64,000 bases of DNA from Patescibacteria group bacterium (GTDB lineage: Bacteria; Patescibacteriota; Patescibacteriia; Patescibacteriales; UBA12465): positions 2,855 to 66,854 of the forward strand of contig JBMNOL010000002.1 in assembly GCA_050943055.1 (NCBI GenBank), given 5' to 3'. Every line of letters begins with the position of its first letter. Positions within the stretch are counted from its first letter, which is position 1. Under the pieces are notes generated by a model. It was given only the letters and a program-made list of their open reading frames with translations. It had not been told where the DNA came from and ran no database searches. Below are positions 38,708-48,313 of this stretch, in pieces. A program made the position numbers and the translations under genes.

Positions 38708-39868
38708 ATGAATCTTAAAGGAGTAATTACTAAAATAAAGCCCGTTGACAGACCGCATGAGCCGGATAAAAAAATGTTAATTGCTCTAGGTTTGATTTTA
38801 TTTATTGGCTTAGCGATGCTTTTTACTGCTTCTGCGGTCGTTTCTTTTAATAAGTTCGGTAATCAATATCATTATCTTTTAAGACAACTACCGCCTTTAG
38901 CTCTAGGTTTACTGGCCTTTTTTGTCGCGCAAAAGGTTAATTTTCGTTTTTGGAAAAAATACGCCTTCGCCTTTTTGCTAATCTCAATTGGCCTTTTACT
39001 TTTAGTTTTTATTCCCGGCTTGCAATCGGATTATGGTACTTCTCGGAGCTGGATTAACTTATTCGGCTTTTCTTTTCAGCCCTCCGAACTAGTTAAGGTA
39101 ACCTTTTTGATTTATTTGGCGACTTGGCTGGAGGCAAGGCAGAAGGATTTATCGTCTTTTGGTGCCGGCACTTTTCCGTTTTATGTTATTTTGGCGGTAA
39201 TTTCTTTGTTAATGATGCTTCAGCCGGATTTTGGCAGCTTGGTAATTATTATTATTATGGCCCTAGGTGTTTTTTTTGTCGGCGGCGGCAAACTGAAGCA
39301 CTTAATCCTTACCGCTCTGCTGGGCATAATTGTTCTTTTTTCCTCCCCCCTGTTTAGAGGCGACGGCGGCTATTCTTATCAGGATAATCGTTTTCGCTGT
39401 TTTCAAGACCCTTCTTTTGATACCCAGGGTGTTTGTTTTCATATTAACCAATCCCTTATTGCTGTTGGTTCGGGAGGAATTTTTGGCCGTGGCTTGGGGC
39501 AGAGCCGGCAGAAGTTTATGTATTTACCGGAGGTTTGGGGGGATTCAATTTTTCCGATTATCGCCGAAGAGATTGGTTTTATCTTAACTACTTTATTTAT
39601 TATTCTTTTGTTTTATTTATTTTACCGAATTTTTTTGGTGGCGAGATTTGCTCCTGATCGCTATGGTCGTAATTTGGCGACCGGTGTCGGCCTCTGGTTG
39701 TCGATCCAAACTTTTTTTAATATCGGCGGCCAATTAAATTTAATTCCGATGACCGGGGTGCCGCTGCCTTTTGTTTCCGCCGGTGGCTCCTCCATTTTAT
39801 CTTCATTAATTGCCGTTGGCTTGGTGGTGAACATTAGTAAATACACAAAAGAACCATCGCGACGCTAA
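38708..39868 (+). CDS. ftsW: SEDS-family peptidoglycan polymerase (FtsW by dcw context)
   Basis: Polytopic protein with QPDFGS, SEL(V)K and PLPFVSAGGSS motifs. It lies between mraY and murG. Confidence 0.88.
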   Translation: MNLKGVITKIKPVDRPHEPDKKMLIALGLILFIGLAMLFTASAVVSFNKFGNQYHYLLRQLPPLALGLLAFFVAQKVNFRFWKKYAFAFLLISIGLLLLVFIPGLQSDYGTSRSWINLFGFSFQPSELVKVTFLIYLATWLEARQKDLSSFGAGTFPFYVILAVISLLMMLQPDFGSLVIIIIMALGVFFVGGGKLKHLILTALLGIIVLFSSPLFRGDGGYSYQDNRFRCFQDPSFDTQGVCFHINQSLIAVGSGGIFGRGLGQSRQKFMYLPEVWGDSIFPIIAEEIGFILTTLFIILLFYLFYRIFLVARFAPDRYGRNLATGVGLWLSIQTFFNIGGQLNLIPMTGVPLPFVSAGGSSILSSLIAVGLVVNISKYTKEPSRR

Positions 39869-39872
39869 TTTT

Positions 39873-40964
39873 ATGGATAACAAGCAGACAATCATCTTAT
39901 TTTCGGGCGGCGGTACCGGTGGCAGCGTGACGCCTTTACTTGCAGTAGCCAAAGAAGTGTTTCGGCTTCGCCCGGATTGGAGCTTTTCTTTTGTCGGCAC
40001 TAAATCGGGGCCGGAAAAACTTTTAGTGGCTGAGGCCGCCAAAGAATTGCCTATTTCTTTTAGTGTTTTACCGGCGGGTAAGTGGCGCCGTTACTTTTCT
40101 TGGCAAAATTTTCTAGATATTTTTGTTATTATTTGGGCCTTTTTTCGCTCATTCCTGCTGTTAGGGCGTTTAAAACCGGCGGTGGTGGTAAGTGCCGGTT
40201 CTTTTGTTAGTGTACCTTTAGTTTGGGCGGCGCGAATTCTAAGAATCCCCGTTCTGATTCATCAGCAAGATTTACAAGCTGGCCTGGCTAATAAATTAAT
40301 GGCCCCGGCGGCTCGGCAGATTACGGTTACTTTTGCTGACTCTATTAAAGACTATGGTTCGCGGGCTCTTTTAGTTGGCAATCCTTATTCCATCCCTCCT
40401 TTGGAAAAAAAAGAAATTGTTTTTGCTCGTTATAATTTTAGTCTTGATCGGCCTTTAATTTTAGTTTTTGGTGGTGGTACTGGCGCCGCCGCGATCAATG
40501 AAGTGGTGGTGGCTAAATTGCCGGAGCTTTTAGCGGAAGGGCAATTAATTCATTTAACCGGTCACGGCAAGACGATTACTCAACAAGCGCCGGGTTATTA
40601 CCAGCAAGAATTTGTTAGTCATCAAGAGCTCTGGTCTCTACTGGCAGCCGCCGACTTAGTGATTGCTCGTCCAGGTCTAGGAACTTTAACGGAGCTCGCC
40701 GCTTTAAAAAAGGTTAGCTTACTAATTCCGATGCCCAAAACCCATCAAGAAAAAAATGCCGAAGAGGCGCGGGTGGCCGGAGCGGCCTGGGTGTTAAGTC
40801 AAGAAAATTTAGCTGAATCTTTAGTGCCAACAGTTCGGCGTTTATTAACTCAAGATGAAGCTCGGGCGGCCTTGTCTCGAGAAATGGGTGAATTTATTAA
40901 GCCGGGAGCGGCGGTGGCACTGGCCGAAATTATTTTAACTTGGGAACAAGAGAATCAAAATTAA
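39873..40964 (+). CDS. murG: UDP-GlcNAc:lipid I N-acetylglucosaminyltransferase
   Basis: G-loop SGGGTGGSVTP with GT28 layout, and a C-terminal QEKNAEE motif. Confidence 0.9.
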   Translation: MDNKQTIILFSGGGTGGSVTPLLAVAKEVFRLRPDWSFSFVGTKSGPEKLLVAEAAKELPISFSVLPAGKWRRYFSWQNFLDIFVIIWAFFRSFLLLGRLKPAVVVSAGSFVSVPLVWAARILRIPVLIHQQDLQAGLANKLMAPAARQITVTFADSIKDYGSRALLVGNPYSIPPLEKKEIVFARYNFSLDRPLILVFGGGTGAAAINEVVVAKLPELLAEGQLIHLTGHGKTITQQAPGYYQQEFVSHQELWSLLAAADLVIARPGLGTLTELAALKKVSLLIPMPKTHQEKNAEEARVAGAAWVLSQENLAESLVPTVRRLLTQDEARAALSREMGEFIKPGAAVALAEIILTWEQENQN

Positions 40965-40976
40965 TTTAAAGATCAT

Positions 40977-42419
40977 ATGTTTAAACTACCGGCGAAATAT
41001 AAAAATGTTTATTTAATTGGTATCAAGGGGGTGGGAATGACGATGCTGGCGCAATTTTTACAAGCTTCGGGGGCGAAAGTGTCTGGTTCGGATGTTGTCG
41101 AAACTTTTTTGACCGACAAGGTTTTGCGCCAGGCAAAAATTAAAGTTCACGCCGGTTTTGATCCAAAAAATATTCCCAGCCCGAATACAACCATTATTTA
41201 TTCGTCGGCCTACACGCCGGAGAATAATATTGAGTTAGCTTTTCTGGAGAAAAAACATGATTGGAAACTACTTTCTTACGCCACGGCTTTAGGAGAAATT
41301 TTTAGTGCGCATCACGGCGTGGCGGTTATCGGTAGTCATGGCAAAACTACGACCTCAGCTTGGTTAGGTTATGTTTTGGATAAGGCCGGCTTAGAGCCTA
41401 GTATCTTAGTGGGTTCCAGTGTGCCGCAATTGGGCGGGAGCGCGAAGTTAGGGAAGAGTGATTTATTTATTGCCGAAGTTGATGAGTATCAAAATAAATT
41501 ACAATACTTTCAGCCGGTAGGCGCGGTGCTTAATAATATTGATTACGACCACCCTGATTTTTTTCCGACTAAATCTTCTTATTTCCAGGCCTTTGCTAAT
41601 TTCGTCGCTAAAATTCCGACGCGCGGGTTTTTGGTTACCAATGATAACGATTCGGCGGTTCGCCGAACTTACCCTTATTTAAAGGGAAAATTGGTGAATT
41701 ATAATTTATTCGTTGATGAGGCCTCGGCCAAGGCGGCGGCAAAACGGGTGCGGCTAGCCGCTTATGATTATCGTTTGGATAACGGATGGCAGTATTTTAA
41801 AGTTTATGGTCAGGGTGAGTTTAAAACTAAACTGTTAGGTCGGCACAATGTTTTTAATGCGCTCGCGGTCATTGGCGCTGCTTTAGAATTAGAGGTTCCT
41901 TTAGAGGTAATTAAAAAACATCTAACTACTTTTAAAGGTACGACCAGACGAGCGCAACTCTTGGGTAAATATCAAGGCGTTCCGATTTTTGATGATTACG
42001 CTCATCACCCGACCGAAATTAAAGCCACTCTTAGCACTTTTGCTGCCGCTTATAAGGGCAGGCGCTTAGTGGCGGTTTTTCATCCTCACACTTTTTCGCG
42101 CACCAAGGCCTTGTTTAAGGATTTTGCGCGCAGTTTTGCCGTCGCTGATTTATTGGTGGTTTTAGATATTTACGGTTCGGCGCGCGAGGAGCAGGGTGGC
42201 GTTTCTAGTTCGGAGCTCATTGAAGCGATTAAAGAAGTTAATAAAACTGCCGGCCGTCGCCAAACTGTTATTTACCAACCCGACCTGGAAGCGACCGAAA
42301 AATATTTGCGCGCTAATCTCAAGCCTAATGATTTAGTTGTTCTTTTAGGGGCCGGCGATATTTTCCGCGTCGGCCAGAATTTAGTGAAAAAAACTCGAAC
42401 GGCGACCAAGAAAAAATAA
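40977..42419 (+). CDS. murC: UDP-N-acetylmuramate--L-alanine ligase
   Basis: GIKGVGMTMLA, the ATP P-loop GSHGKTTTSA, and DDYAHHPTEI. Confidence 0.92.
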   Translation: MFKLPAKYKNVYLIGIKGVGMTMLAQFLQASGAKVSGSDVVETFLTDKVLRQAKIKVHAGFDPKNIPSPNTTIIYSSAYTPENNIELAFLEKKHDWKLLSYATALGEIFSAHHGVAVIGSHGKTTTSAWLGYVLDKAGLEPSILVGSSVPQLGGSAKLGKSDLFIAEVDEYQNKLQYFQPVGAVLNNIDYDHPDFFPTKSSYFQAFANFVAKIPTRGFLVTNDNDSAVRRTYPYLKGKLVNYNLFVDEASAKAAAKRVRLAAYDYRLDNGWQYFKVYGQGEFKTKLLGRHNVFNALAVIGAALELEVPLEVIKKHLTTFKGTTRRAQLLGKYQGVPIFDDYAHHPTEIKATLSTFAAAYKGRRLVAVFHPHTFSRTKALFKDFARSFAVADLLVVLDIYGSAREEQGGVSSSELIEAIKEVNKTAGRRQTVIYQPDLEATEKYLRANLKPNDLVVLLGAGDIFRVGQNLVKKTRTATKKK

Positions 42420-42467
42420 GGACTTTAAGGTTTACACTTCGTCCCTCTTTTGGTTTAATTCTCTTAT

Positions 42468-43751
42468 ATGAAACAAAAAATAAAAACAAGCGCCGTTTCT
42501 GGTTTCCCGGAATATTTACCAGCTGATCAGCTTTTGCTTGATCAGTTAAAACAAACTATTACTGAGACCTACCGCTCTTTTGGTTTTATCCCTTTAGATA
42601 CTCCGGTTTTAGAGCGCCGTGAAGTCTTGTTGGCTAAAGCCGGCGGAGAAACTGAACATCAGCTTTATTTTTTAGAAAATAATAGTGATGATTTAGCCTT
42701 ACGTTTTGATCTTACCGTTCCCCTCGCGCGCTATATTAGTGAGTATAGCGGGGCGCTGACTTTCCCTTTTAAACGTTATCAAGTAGCTAAAGTTTATCGA
42801 GGCGAGCGTCCGCAGAAAGGCCGCTATCGCGAATTCTATCAAGCCGATATTGATATTATTGCTGAGGGCGTTTTGCCGCTTAGTGCCGAAGCGGAAATTA
42901 TTAAAGTGGTCGCCACTGTTTTTGAGAAGTTAGCGATCGGGTCTTTTACGATTAAAATTAGTAATCGCAAGTTGTTGTCGGGTTTACTGGCAGCTTTAAA
43001 TTTAAGCGCGGCGGCAACCGAAATTTTACGAATTCTAGATAAATTGCCAAAAATTGGAGCTGAAGCTTGTCAGGCCGAATTAAAAAAGTTAGATGTCGAC
43101 TCTTTGGCTAGTTCGCAAATTCTCGCTTTTGCTTCTCTTAAAGGCGATGTTTTAGCGGGTTTGAAAGAATTAGATATTAAGCATCCGGATTTTGTGGTTG
43201 GTTTGGACGAACTTCAAGAGCTAGCGCAATGTTTAAGTGATTACGGCGTTTCCGCCTCTAATTATTCTTTTGATCTCTCAATTGCCCGCGGCTTAGATTA
43301 TTATACCGGTACCGTTTGGGAAACATTTTTAGATGATTACCCCGAACTCGGGTCTATTTGTTCGGGCGGCCGCTATGAAAACTTAGTGGCTGGTTTCTCT
43401 AATCATTCTTTTCCCGGAGTCGGGGCTTCGATTGGTTTATCGCGTCTTTTTTATCAATTAAAAATCGCTGGACTTTTACCGAACACCACCCCGCCGGTGG
43501 CTGATGCTTTAGTAATTAGTGATGATTGTAAGCGTGGCGAGCAGTTAGCCGACAGTTTGCGTCGTCGCGGTTTAAGTGTGGCTGGCGCCTATGGGCCGGA
43601 AAAATTAAAAAAGAAATTAGCGCTGGCGAATCGGTGGTCGGTCAAAACAGTTTATCTCTTAGGGGAGGAAGAATTGGCGGCCGGGGAAGTCTCGGTCAAA
43701 AATATGACTAGTGGCGAGCAAAAGCGCCAAGCCCTTAATGATTTTATATGA
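42468..43751 (+). CDS. hisS: Histidyl-tRNA synthetase
   Basis: Class II motif 2 (YRGERPQKGRYREFYQ) and motif 3 (CSGGRYENL), plus a C-terminal anticodon-binding domain. Confidence 0.92.
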   Translation: MKQKIKTSAVSGFPEYLPADQLLLDQLKQTITETYRSFGFIPLDTPVLERREVLLAKAGGETEHQLYFLENNSDDLALRFDLTVPLARYISEYSGALTFPFKRYQVAKVYRGERPQKGRYREFYQADIDIIAEGVLPLSAEAEIIKVVATVFEKLAIGSFTIKISNRKLLSGLLAALNLSAAATEILRILDKLPKIGAEACQAELKKLDVDSLASSQILAFASLKGDVLAGLKELDIKHPDFVVGLDELQELAQCLSDYGVSASNYSFDLSIARGLDYYTGTVWETFLDDYPELGSICSGGRYENLVAGFSNHSFPGVGASIGLSRLFYQLKIAGLLPNTTPPVADALVISDDCKRGEQLADSLRRRGLSVAGAYGPEKLKKKLALANRWSVKTVYLLGEEELAAGEVSVKNMTSGEQKRQALNDFI

Positions 43752-44788
43752 TTAAAATTCAGCAGCGAGTGCCCCTCGCTCCTTACACCACTTTAAAAAT
43801 TGGTGGCCCGGCTCGCTTCTTTGTGGTGGTAAAAAGTTTAGAAGACTTTAAAGAAGCTTTGACTTGGGCTAAAGAAAGAAAAGAAAAAATCTTTATTTTA
43901 GGGGGTGGTTCTAACGTTTTAATTGCCAGGCCTTTCTCCGGCTTAGTAATCAAAAATGAAATTAGCGGCTCCGAGGTTGTTAAAGAAAGCGCTAAATCGG
44001 TTTGGTTCGCGGGTTACAGCGGTGAAAATTGGCAAAAATTTGTTGACACGGCTGTTTCTCATGATTGGTCTGGTTTAGAGAATCTCGCTTCTATTTATGG
44101 CACGGTCGGCGCCGCTCCAGTACAAAATATCGGTGCTTACGGTCAAGAATTAAAAGATATTTTTCATTCTTTAGAAGCGATCAATTTAAGAACTGGGCAA
44201 CTTAAAGTTTTTAAGGGTGCTGATTGTCAGTTTGGCTACCGTGACAGTATCTTTAAAAAATCTTTAAAAGGAAAATATTTTATTTATCGCGTCACGGTTA
44301 AGTTAAGTAAAAAGCCGCGCTTTAATTTAGATTACGGCGGTCTTAAAGAAATTCTGGCGGCTAAAAGAATAAAGACGCCCACGGCGCGGCAGGTGGCGAG
44401 AGCAGTAACGGAGCTGCGGGCAACTAAGTTGCCGGCGCCGGCGCTTTTGCCTAATGCCGGCTCCTTTTTTAAAAATCCCGAAGTCACCACTAGCAAATTT
44501 AAAAAAATTCAAAAGCGGTGGCCGGAAATTAAATATTTTCCCGGTTCCAAACCAGGCACGATTAAAATTCCGGCCGGCTGGCTGATTGAACAAGCTGGTT
44601 TCAAAGGGAAGCGTTATGGTGCTGTTGGGATGTATGAAAAGCAAGCTTTAATTTTAGTTAATTATGGCGGGGCCAGTGCCGCTCAAGTTTTGGCACAGGT
44701 AAAACGAGTCATAAAAGGAGTTCGGGATCGTTTTGACTTGACCTTAGAGCCGGAAGTTAATATTATTCCTCCGCTCCCTAAGAAATAA
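43748..44788 (+). CDS. murB: UDP-N-acetylenolpyruvoylglucosamine reductase
   Basis: An FAD-binding N-terminus (TLKIGGPARFF, LGGGSNVL). Its ATG overlaps the hisS stop (ATGA). Confidence 0.9.
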   Translation: MIKIQQRVPLAPYTTLKIGGPARFFVVVKSLEDFKEALTWAKERKEKIFILGGGSNVLIARPFSGLVIKNEISGSEVVKESAKSVWFAGYSGENWQKFVDTAVSHDWSGLENLASIYGTVGAAPVQNIGAYGQELKDIFHSLEAINLRTGQLKVFKGADCQFGYRDSIFKKSLKGKYFIYRVTVKLSKKPRFNLDYGGLKEILAAKRIKTPTARQVARAVTELRATKLPAPALLPNAGSFFKNPEVTTSKFKKIQKRWPEIKYFPGSKPGTIKIPAGWLIEQAGFKGKRYGAVGMYEKQALILVNYGGASAAQVLAQVKRVIKGVRDRFDLTLEPEVNIIPPLPKK

Positions 44789-44795
44789 TTTTTTT

Positions 44796-46646
44796 ATGAC
44801 AGCTAACGATATTCGTCAAAAATATTTAGATTTTTTTAGCGCTCACGGCCACGCAGTGTTGCCGAGTGCTTCCTTGTTGCCAGAAAATGACTCTACTTTA
44901 CTCTTTACCAATTCGGGAATGTTCCCGTTGGTTTCTTATTTAGCGGGCACGCCCCATCCGGCCGGCCAACGCTTAACCAATAGCCAGAAATGTTTTCGCA
45001 GCGAAGATATTAATGAGGTTGGTGATCATCGTCACAATACCTTTTTTGAGATGTTGGGCAATTGGTCTTTGGGTGATTATTTTAAAAAAGAGCAGTTAAA
45101 CTGGTGGTTTGATTTTTTAATTACCGAGCTACGCCTTGATCCCAAGCGTCTTTATCAAACCGTTTATGTCGGTAGTGCTGATGGTCAGATTCCGCGCGAT
45201 CAAGAATCAGTCGCAATTCTTCAGGAGATTTTTGCGCGTTTCAATATTGAAGCCGAACTTGGTCCCGATACTTTAGGACGCGGTGAAGATGGCCCGGGAG
45301 TTGAATTAGATTTTTCTAAACAAAGAATTTTTGCTTATCGTGATAAGAATTTTTGGCGCCGCGGTGATGCCGTTGGTGAATTAGGTGGCCCCGATAGTGA
45401 AACTTTTTATGATACCGGCTACCCCCACGATCCCGCCTTTGGTCCTTTCTGTCACCCAAACTGTGATTGTGGCCGTTTCTTGGAGATTGGTAATTCAGTG
45501 TTTATGCAATATCGCCAGACCCAAACTGGCTGGGAAGAATTAGCCCATAAAAATGTGGATTTTGGCGGCGGTTTGGAACGTTTAGCAATGGTGGTTGGCG
45601 GCCACGAAAGTGTTTTTGAAACGGATTTATTTACCTCAATTATTGCTAAAATCAGCGCGCTCTCCGGACTGAATTATCAAACTGGTGGTAATGCTCGGGC
45701 TTTTGAAATTATTGCCGATCATGTTAAAGCGGCGACTTTTATTGTTGGTGATGATCGTGGCCTCGTCCCGGCTAATACCGATCAGGGCTATATAGTGAGA
45801 CGTTTATTAAGACGGGCGATTCGCTATGGTCGCCAATTAAACATTACTCAAGATAATTGGCTGGCTTTACTTGCTGCCACGGTAATCGCTTACTATGGTG
45901 ATGTTTATCCTGAATTAGGTCGCAATCAAGATTTTATTAAAGAAACATTTAATCAAGAAGAAGCGAAGTTTAAACGCACTTTAGAAAAAGGCTTGGTGGA
46001 GTTTAATAAAATAAAAACTCCGGAAATCTCCGGGAAGATGGCCTTCAATCTTTATCAAAGTTACGGTTTTCCTTTAGAAATTACTGAAGAGCTGGCGGCG
46101 GAGAAGGGCTTAAAAGTTGATAAAGTTGGTTTCACTGCCGAGTTTGCCAAGCATCAAGAACTATCCCGAACCGCTTCGGCTGGTAAGTTTAAGGGTGGTT
46201 TAGCTGACAGCAGTGAGGCTACGACCCGTTTACATACTGCCGCCCATTTACTCCTTGAAGCCTTGCGGCGTGTTTTAGGGGCGGAGGTTTTTCAAAAAGG
46301 CAGCAATATCACCGCTGAACGTTTACGCTTTGATTTTTCTCATCCTGTTAAAATGACTCCAGAGGAGATTACTAAAGTTGAGGAACTTGTTAACCAAGCT
46401 ATTGTTCAAGAGCTGCCGGTTACTTATTCGGAGATGACTTTAGAAGAAGCTCGAGAGCAGGGAGCGATGGGGGTTTTTGATTCCAAATATGACAAGAGGG
46501 TGCGAGTTTATCAAGTCGCAGATTTTTCTAAAGAAATTTGTGGCGGTCCTCATGTTAAGAATACTAAAGAATTAGGTCACTTTAGAATTATTAAAGAAGA
46601 ATCTTCCAGTGCGGGGGTGCGCCGAATTAAAGCAATTTTAGAGTAA
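44796..46646 (+). CDS. alaS: Alanyl-tRNA synthetase, short form lacking the C-Ala domain
   Basis: N-terminus FTNSGMFPL and RFLEIGNSVFMQY, with editing-domain motifs HTAAHLL and CGGPHV. The ORF ends right after GVRRIKAILE at 616 aa. Confidence 0.9.
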   Translation: MTANDIRQKYLDFFSAHGHAVLPSASLLPENDSTLLFTNSGMFPLVSYLAGTPHPAGQRLTNSQKCFRSEDINEVGDHRHNTFFEMLGNWSLGDYFKKEQLNWWFDFLITELRLDPKRLYQTVYVGSADGQIPRDQESVAILQEIFARFNIEAELGPDTLGRGEDGPGVELDFSKQRIFAYRDKNFWRRGDAVGELGGPDSETFYDTGYPHDPAFGPFCHPNCDCGRFLEIGNSVFMQYRQTQTGWEELAHKNVDFGGGLERLAMVVGGHESVFETDLFTSIIAKISALSGLNYQTGGNARAFEIIADHVKAATFIVGDDRGLVPANTDQGYIVRRLLRRAIRYGRQLNITQDNWLALLAATVIAYYGDVYPELGRNQDFIKETFNQEEAKFKRTLEKGLVEFNKIKTPEISGKMAFNLYQSYGFPLEITEELAAEKGLKVDKVGFTAEFAKHQELSRTASAGKFKGGLADSSEATTRLHTAAHLLLEALRRVLGAEVFQKGSNITAERLRFDFSHPVKMTPEEITKVEELVNQAIVQELPVTYSEMTLEEAREQGAMGVFDSKYDKRVRVYQVADFSKEICGGPHVKNTKELGHFRIIKEESSSAGVRRIKAILE

Positions 46647-46689
46647 AATTACTATTTTTAGCTTATTTTTTTCCAAAAAATATTTTCTA

Positions 46690-46718
46690 TTGACAAGAAT
46701 AGAACTTATCTCTATAAT
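46690..46718 (+). promoter_or_regulatory. Consensus sigma70-type promoter
   Basis: Perfect TTGACA (46690-46695), a 17-nt spacer, then a perfect TATAAT (46713-46718). Confidence 0.7.
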
Positions 46719-46761
46719 AACTCCATATTAACCTGTCAAATAAATAAGTTAATATGAAGAA

Positions 46762-46798
46762 TTGATGAGACTGACATCAGTCTAATCAAATTTTTTTT
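46762..46798 (+). terminator. Strong intrinsic-terminator-like hairpin in the infA leader
   Basis: TTGAT-G-AGACTG (46762-46773), loop ACAT, CAGTCT-A-ATCAA (46778-46789). That gives 11 bp with one mismatch. After a single A (46790) comes a run of eight T (46791-46798). Confidence 0.65.
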
Positions 46799-46804
46799 GT
46801 CTTA

Positions 46805-47065
46805 ATGTCAAAACGTACCAAAGATCAATCTCAGAGCGGGACCGAGACCATGAATGCCAAAGACTTCATTGAGCTGCAAGGCGAGGTGGAGGAATTAATG
46901 CCGGCAGCGACTTTTAAGGTGCTGTTGGAAAATGGTCACGAAATCTTAGCCCATCTGTCCGGAAAGATGCGAATGCACCGCATTCGTTTATTACCGGGCG
47001 ACAAGGTTAGGGTTCAGATTAGCCCTTATGACTTAACTAAGGGGCGCATTGTCTACCGACTCTAG
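46805..47065 (+). CDS. infA: Translation initiation factor IF-1
   Basis: S1-like OB fold ([45 protein letters not shown]). An alternative start at 46850 (MNAKD...) would give the canonical length of about 72 aa. Confidence 0.9.
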   Translation: MSKRTKDQSQSGTETMNAKDFIELQGEVEELMPAATFKVLLENGHEILAHLSGKMRMHRIRLLPGDKVRVQISPYDLTKGRIVYRL

Positions 47066-47090
47066 ATTTTTAAAACATCAATAAAGATAT

Positions 47091-47204
47091 ATGAAAGTGA
47101 GAGCAAGTGCCAAAAAAATCTGCAAAGACTGCAAGGTTGTCCGTCGAGATGGCCGGGTTCATGTTATCTGTAAAAACCCTAAACATAAACAGAGACAAGG
47201 TTAA
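47091..47204 (+). CDS. rpmJ: 50S ribosomal protein L36
   Basis: Not in the ORF track because it is too short. My translation is [37 protein letters not shown] (37 aa), which has the L36 zinc-ribbon pattern and the expected position after infA. Confidence 0.92.
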   Translation: MKVRASAKKICKDCKVVRRDGRVHVICKNPKHKQRQG

Positions 47205-47241
47205 ACGCTTAAGTAGCGCTTAGAAATTTTTTTATTATTTT

Positions 47242-47634
47242 ATGGCTATTAGAATCGCAGGGGTAAACATTCCCATGGAAAAAAAGATTAAAATATCTTT
47301 AACTTATATTTACGGCATTGGCAATACCCGCGCCCAAAAGATTTTAGCAGACGCTAAGGTTGATCCGGAATTAAGAGCGAATGAATTAACTGAAGATCAG
47401 GTTAATGATTTACGCGAACGGGTGGAAAAGAAGTTTGTCGTTGAAGGCGATTTGCGCCGCGAAACCCAAAGCAATATCAAGCGTTTAAAAGAAATTAATT
47501 CTTATCGCGGCAGTCGTCATGCTAAGCACTTGCCATTGCGAGGGCAGCGTACAAAAACCAACAGTCGGACCGTGCGGGGCAATAAACGCATGACCACCGT
47601 TTCCGGAAAAGTTAAAGCTGGTCTTAAGACTTAA
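47242..47634 (+). CDS. rpsM: 30S ribosomal protein S13
   Basis: [11 protein letters not shown]...IYGIG...INSYRGSRH, a canonical S13 sequence. Confidence 0.95.
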   Translation: MAIRIAGVNIPMEKKIKISLTYIYGIGNTRAQKILADAKVDPELRANELTEDQVNDLRERVEKKFVVEGDLRRETQSNIKRLKEINSYRGSRHAKHLPLRGQRTKTNSRTVRGNKRMTTVSGKVKAGLKT

Positions 47635-47674
47635 ACTTTAAATTATCTCCTTTTAAAGAAAAAAATTGTTAATT

Positions 47675-48289
47675 ATGTCTGACGAAAAAAACACAAATGC
47701 TGCTGATAATGAAGCAGCGGCAGAAGAAGAAAAAGATATCAGCGCCGTTTCGGCCATTGAAGAGGAAAGCGCGATTTTAACCGATAAAGAGGAAAGGGAA
47801 GAATTTTCTTCTAATTTTTCTATGGATAGTGGCTCGGAAGAACTGCCGGAAGAAATTAAACAGAAGCTAGAAAAAAATAAGCAGGCTCGAGCGAAGAAAA
47901 AATTAGTTAAAAAGCGCAAAAAGAAGAGCACAATTGATTCGGTTAAGGTCGGCCGCGCTTATATCAATGCCACTTACAACAACACCATGGTTTCTTTAAC
48001 TGACACCAACGGCAATGTTATTTCCTGGGCGAGCGCGGGGGTGGCCGGTTTTAAAGGTGCTAAAAAAGCGACTCCTTACGCCGCTTCAATTATTACAAAA
48101 ATTGCTTGTCAAAAAGCAAAAGAAGAATACGGTTTAGAAGAAGTGTCCGTCTTTGTTTCCGGTGTGGGCACCGGTCGCGAGTCCGCGATTCGCGCCTTAA
48201 ATGCCAATGGTTTAAATGTCACCGCAATTAAAGATACGACGCCGGTACCGCATAATGGTTGCCGTCCAAAAAAGCCGCGTCGCGTTTAA
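47675..48289 (+). CDS. rpsK: 30S ribosomal protein S11 with about 75-aa N-terminal acidic/basic extension
   Basis: The S11 core starts near [18 protein letters not shown] and runs to the C-terminal [16 protein letters not shown]. The N-terminus is low-complexity (E/A/S-rich, then [11 protein letters not shown]). Confidence 0.92.
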   Translation: MSDEKNTNAADNEAAAEEEKDISAVSAIEEESAILTDKEEREEFSSNFSMDSGSEELPEEIKQKLEKNKQARAKKKLVKKRKKKSTIDSVKVGRAYINATYNNTMVSLTDTNGNVISWASAGVAGFKGAKKATPYAASIITKIACQKAKEEYGLEEVSVFVSGVGTGRESAIRALNANGLNVTAIKDTTPVPHNGCRPKKPRRV

Positions 48290-48313
48290 TAATTAAAATG
48301 ATCTTGATTTAAT

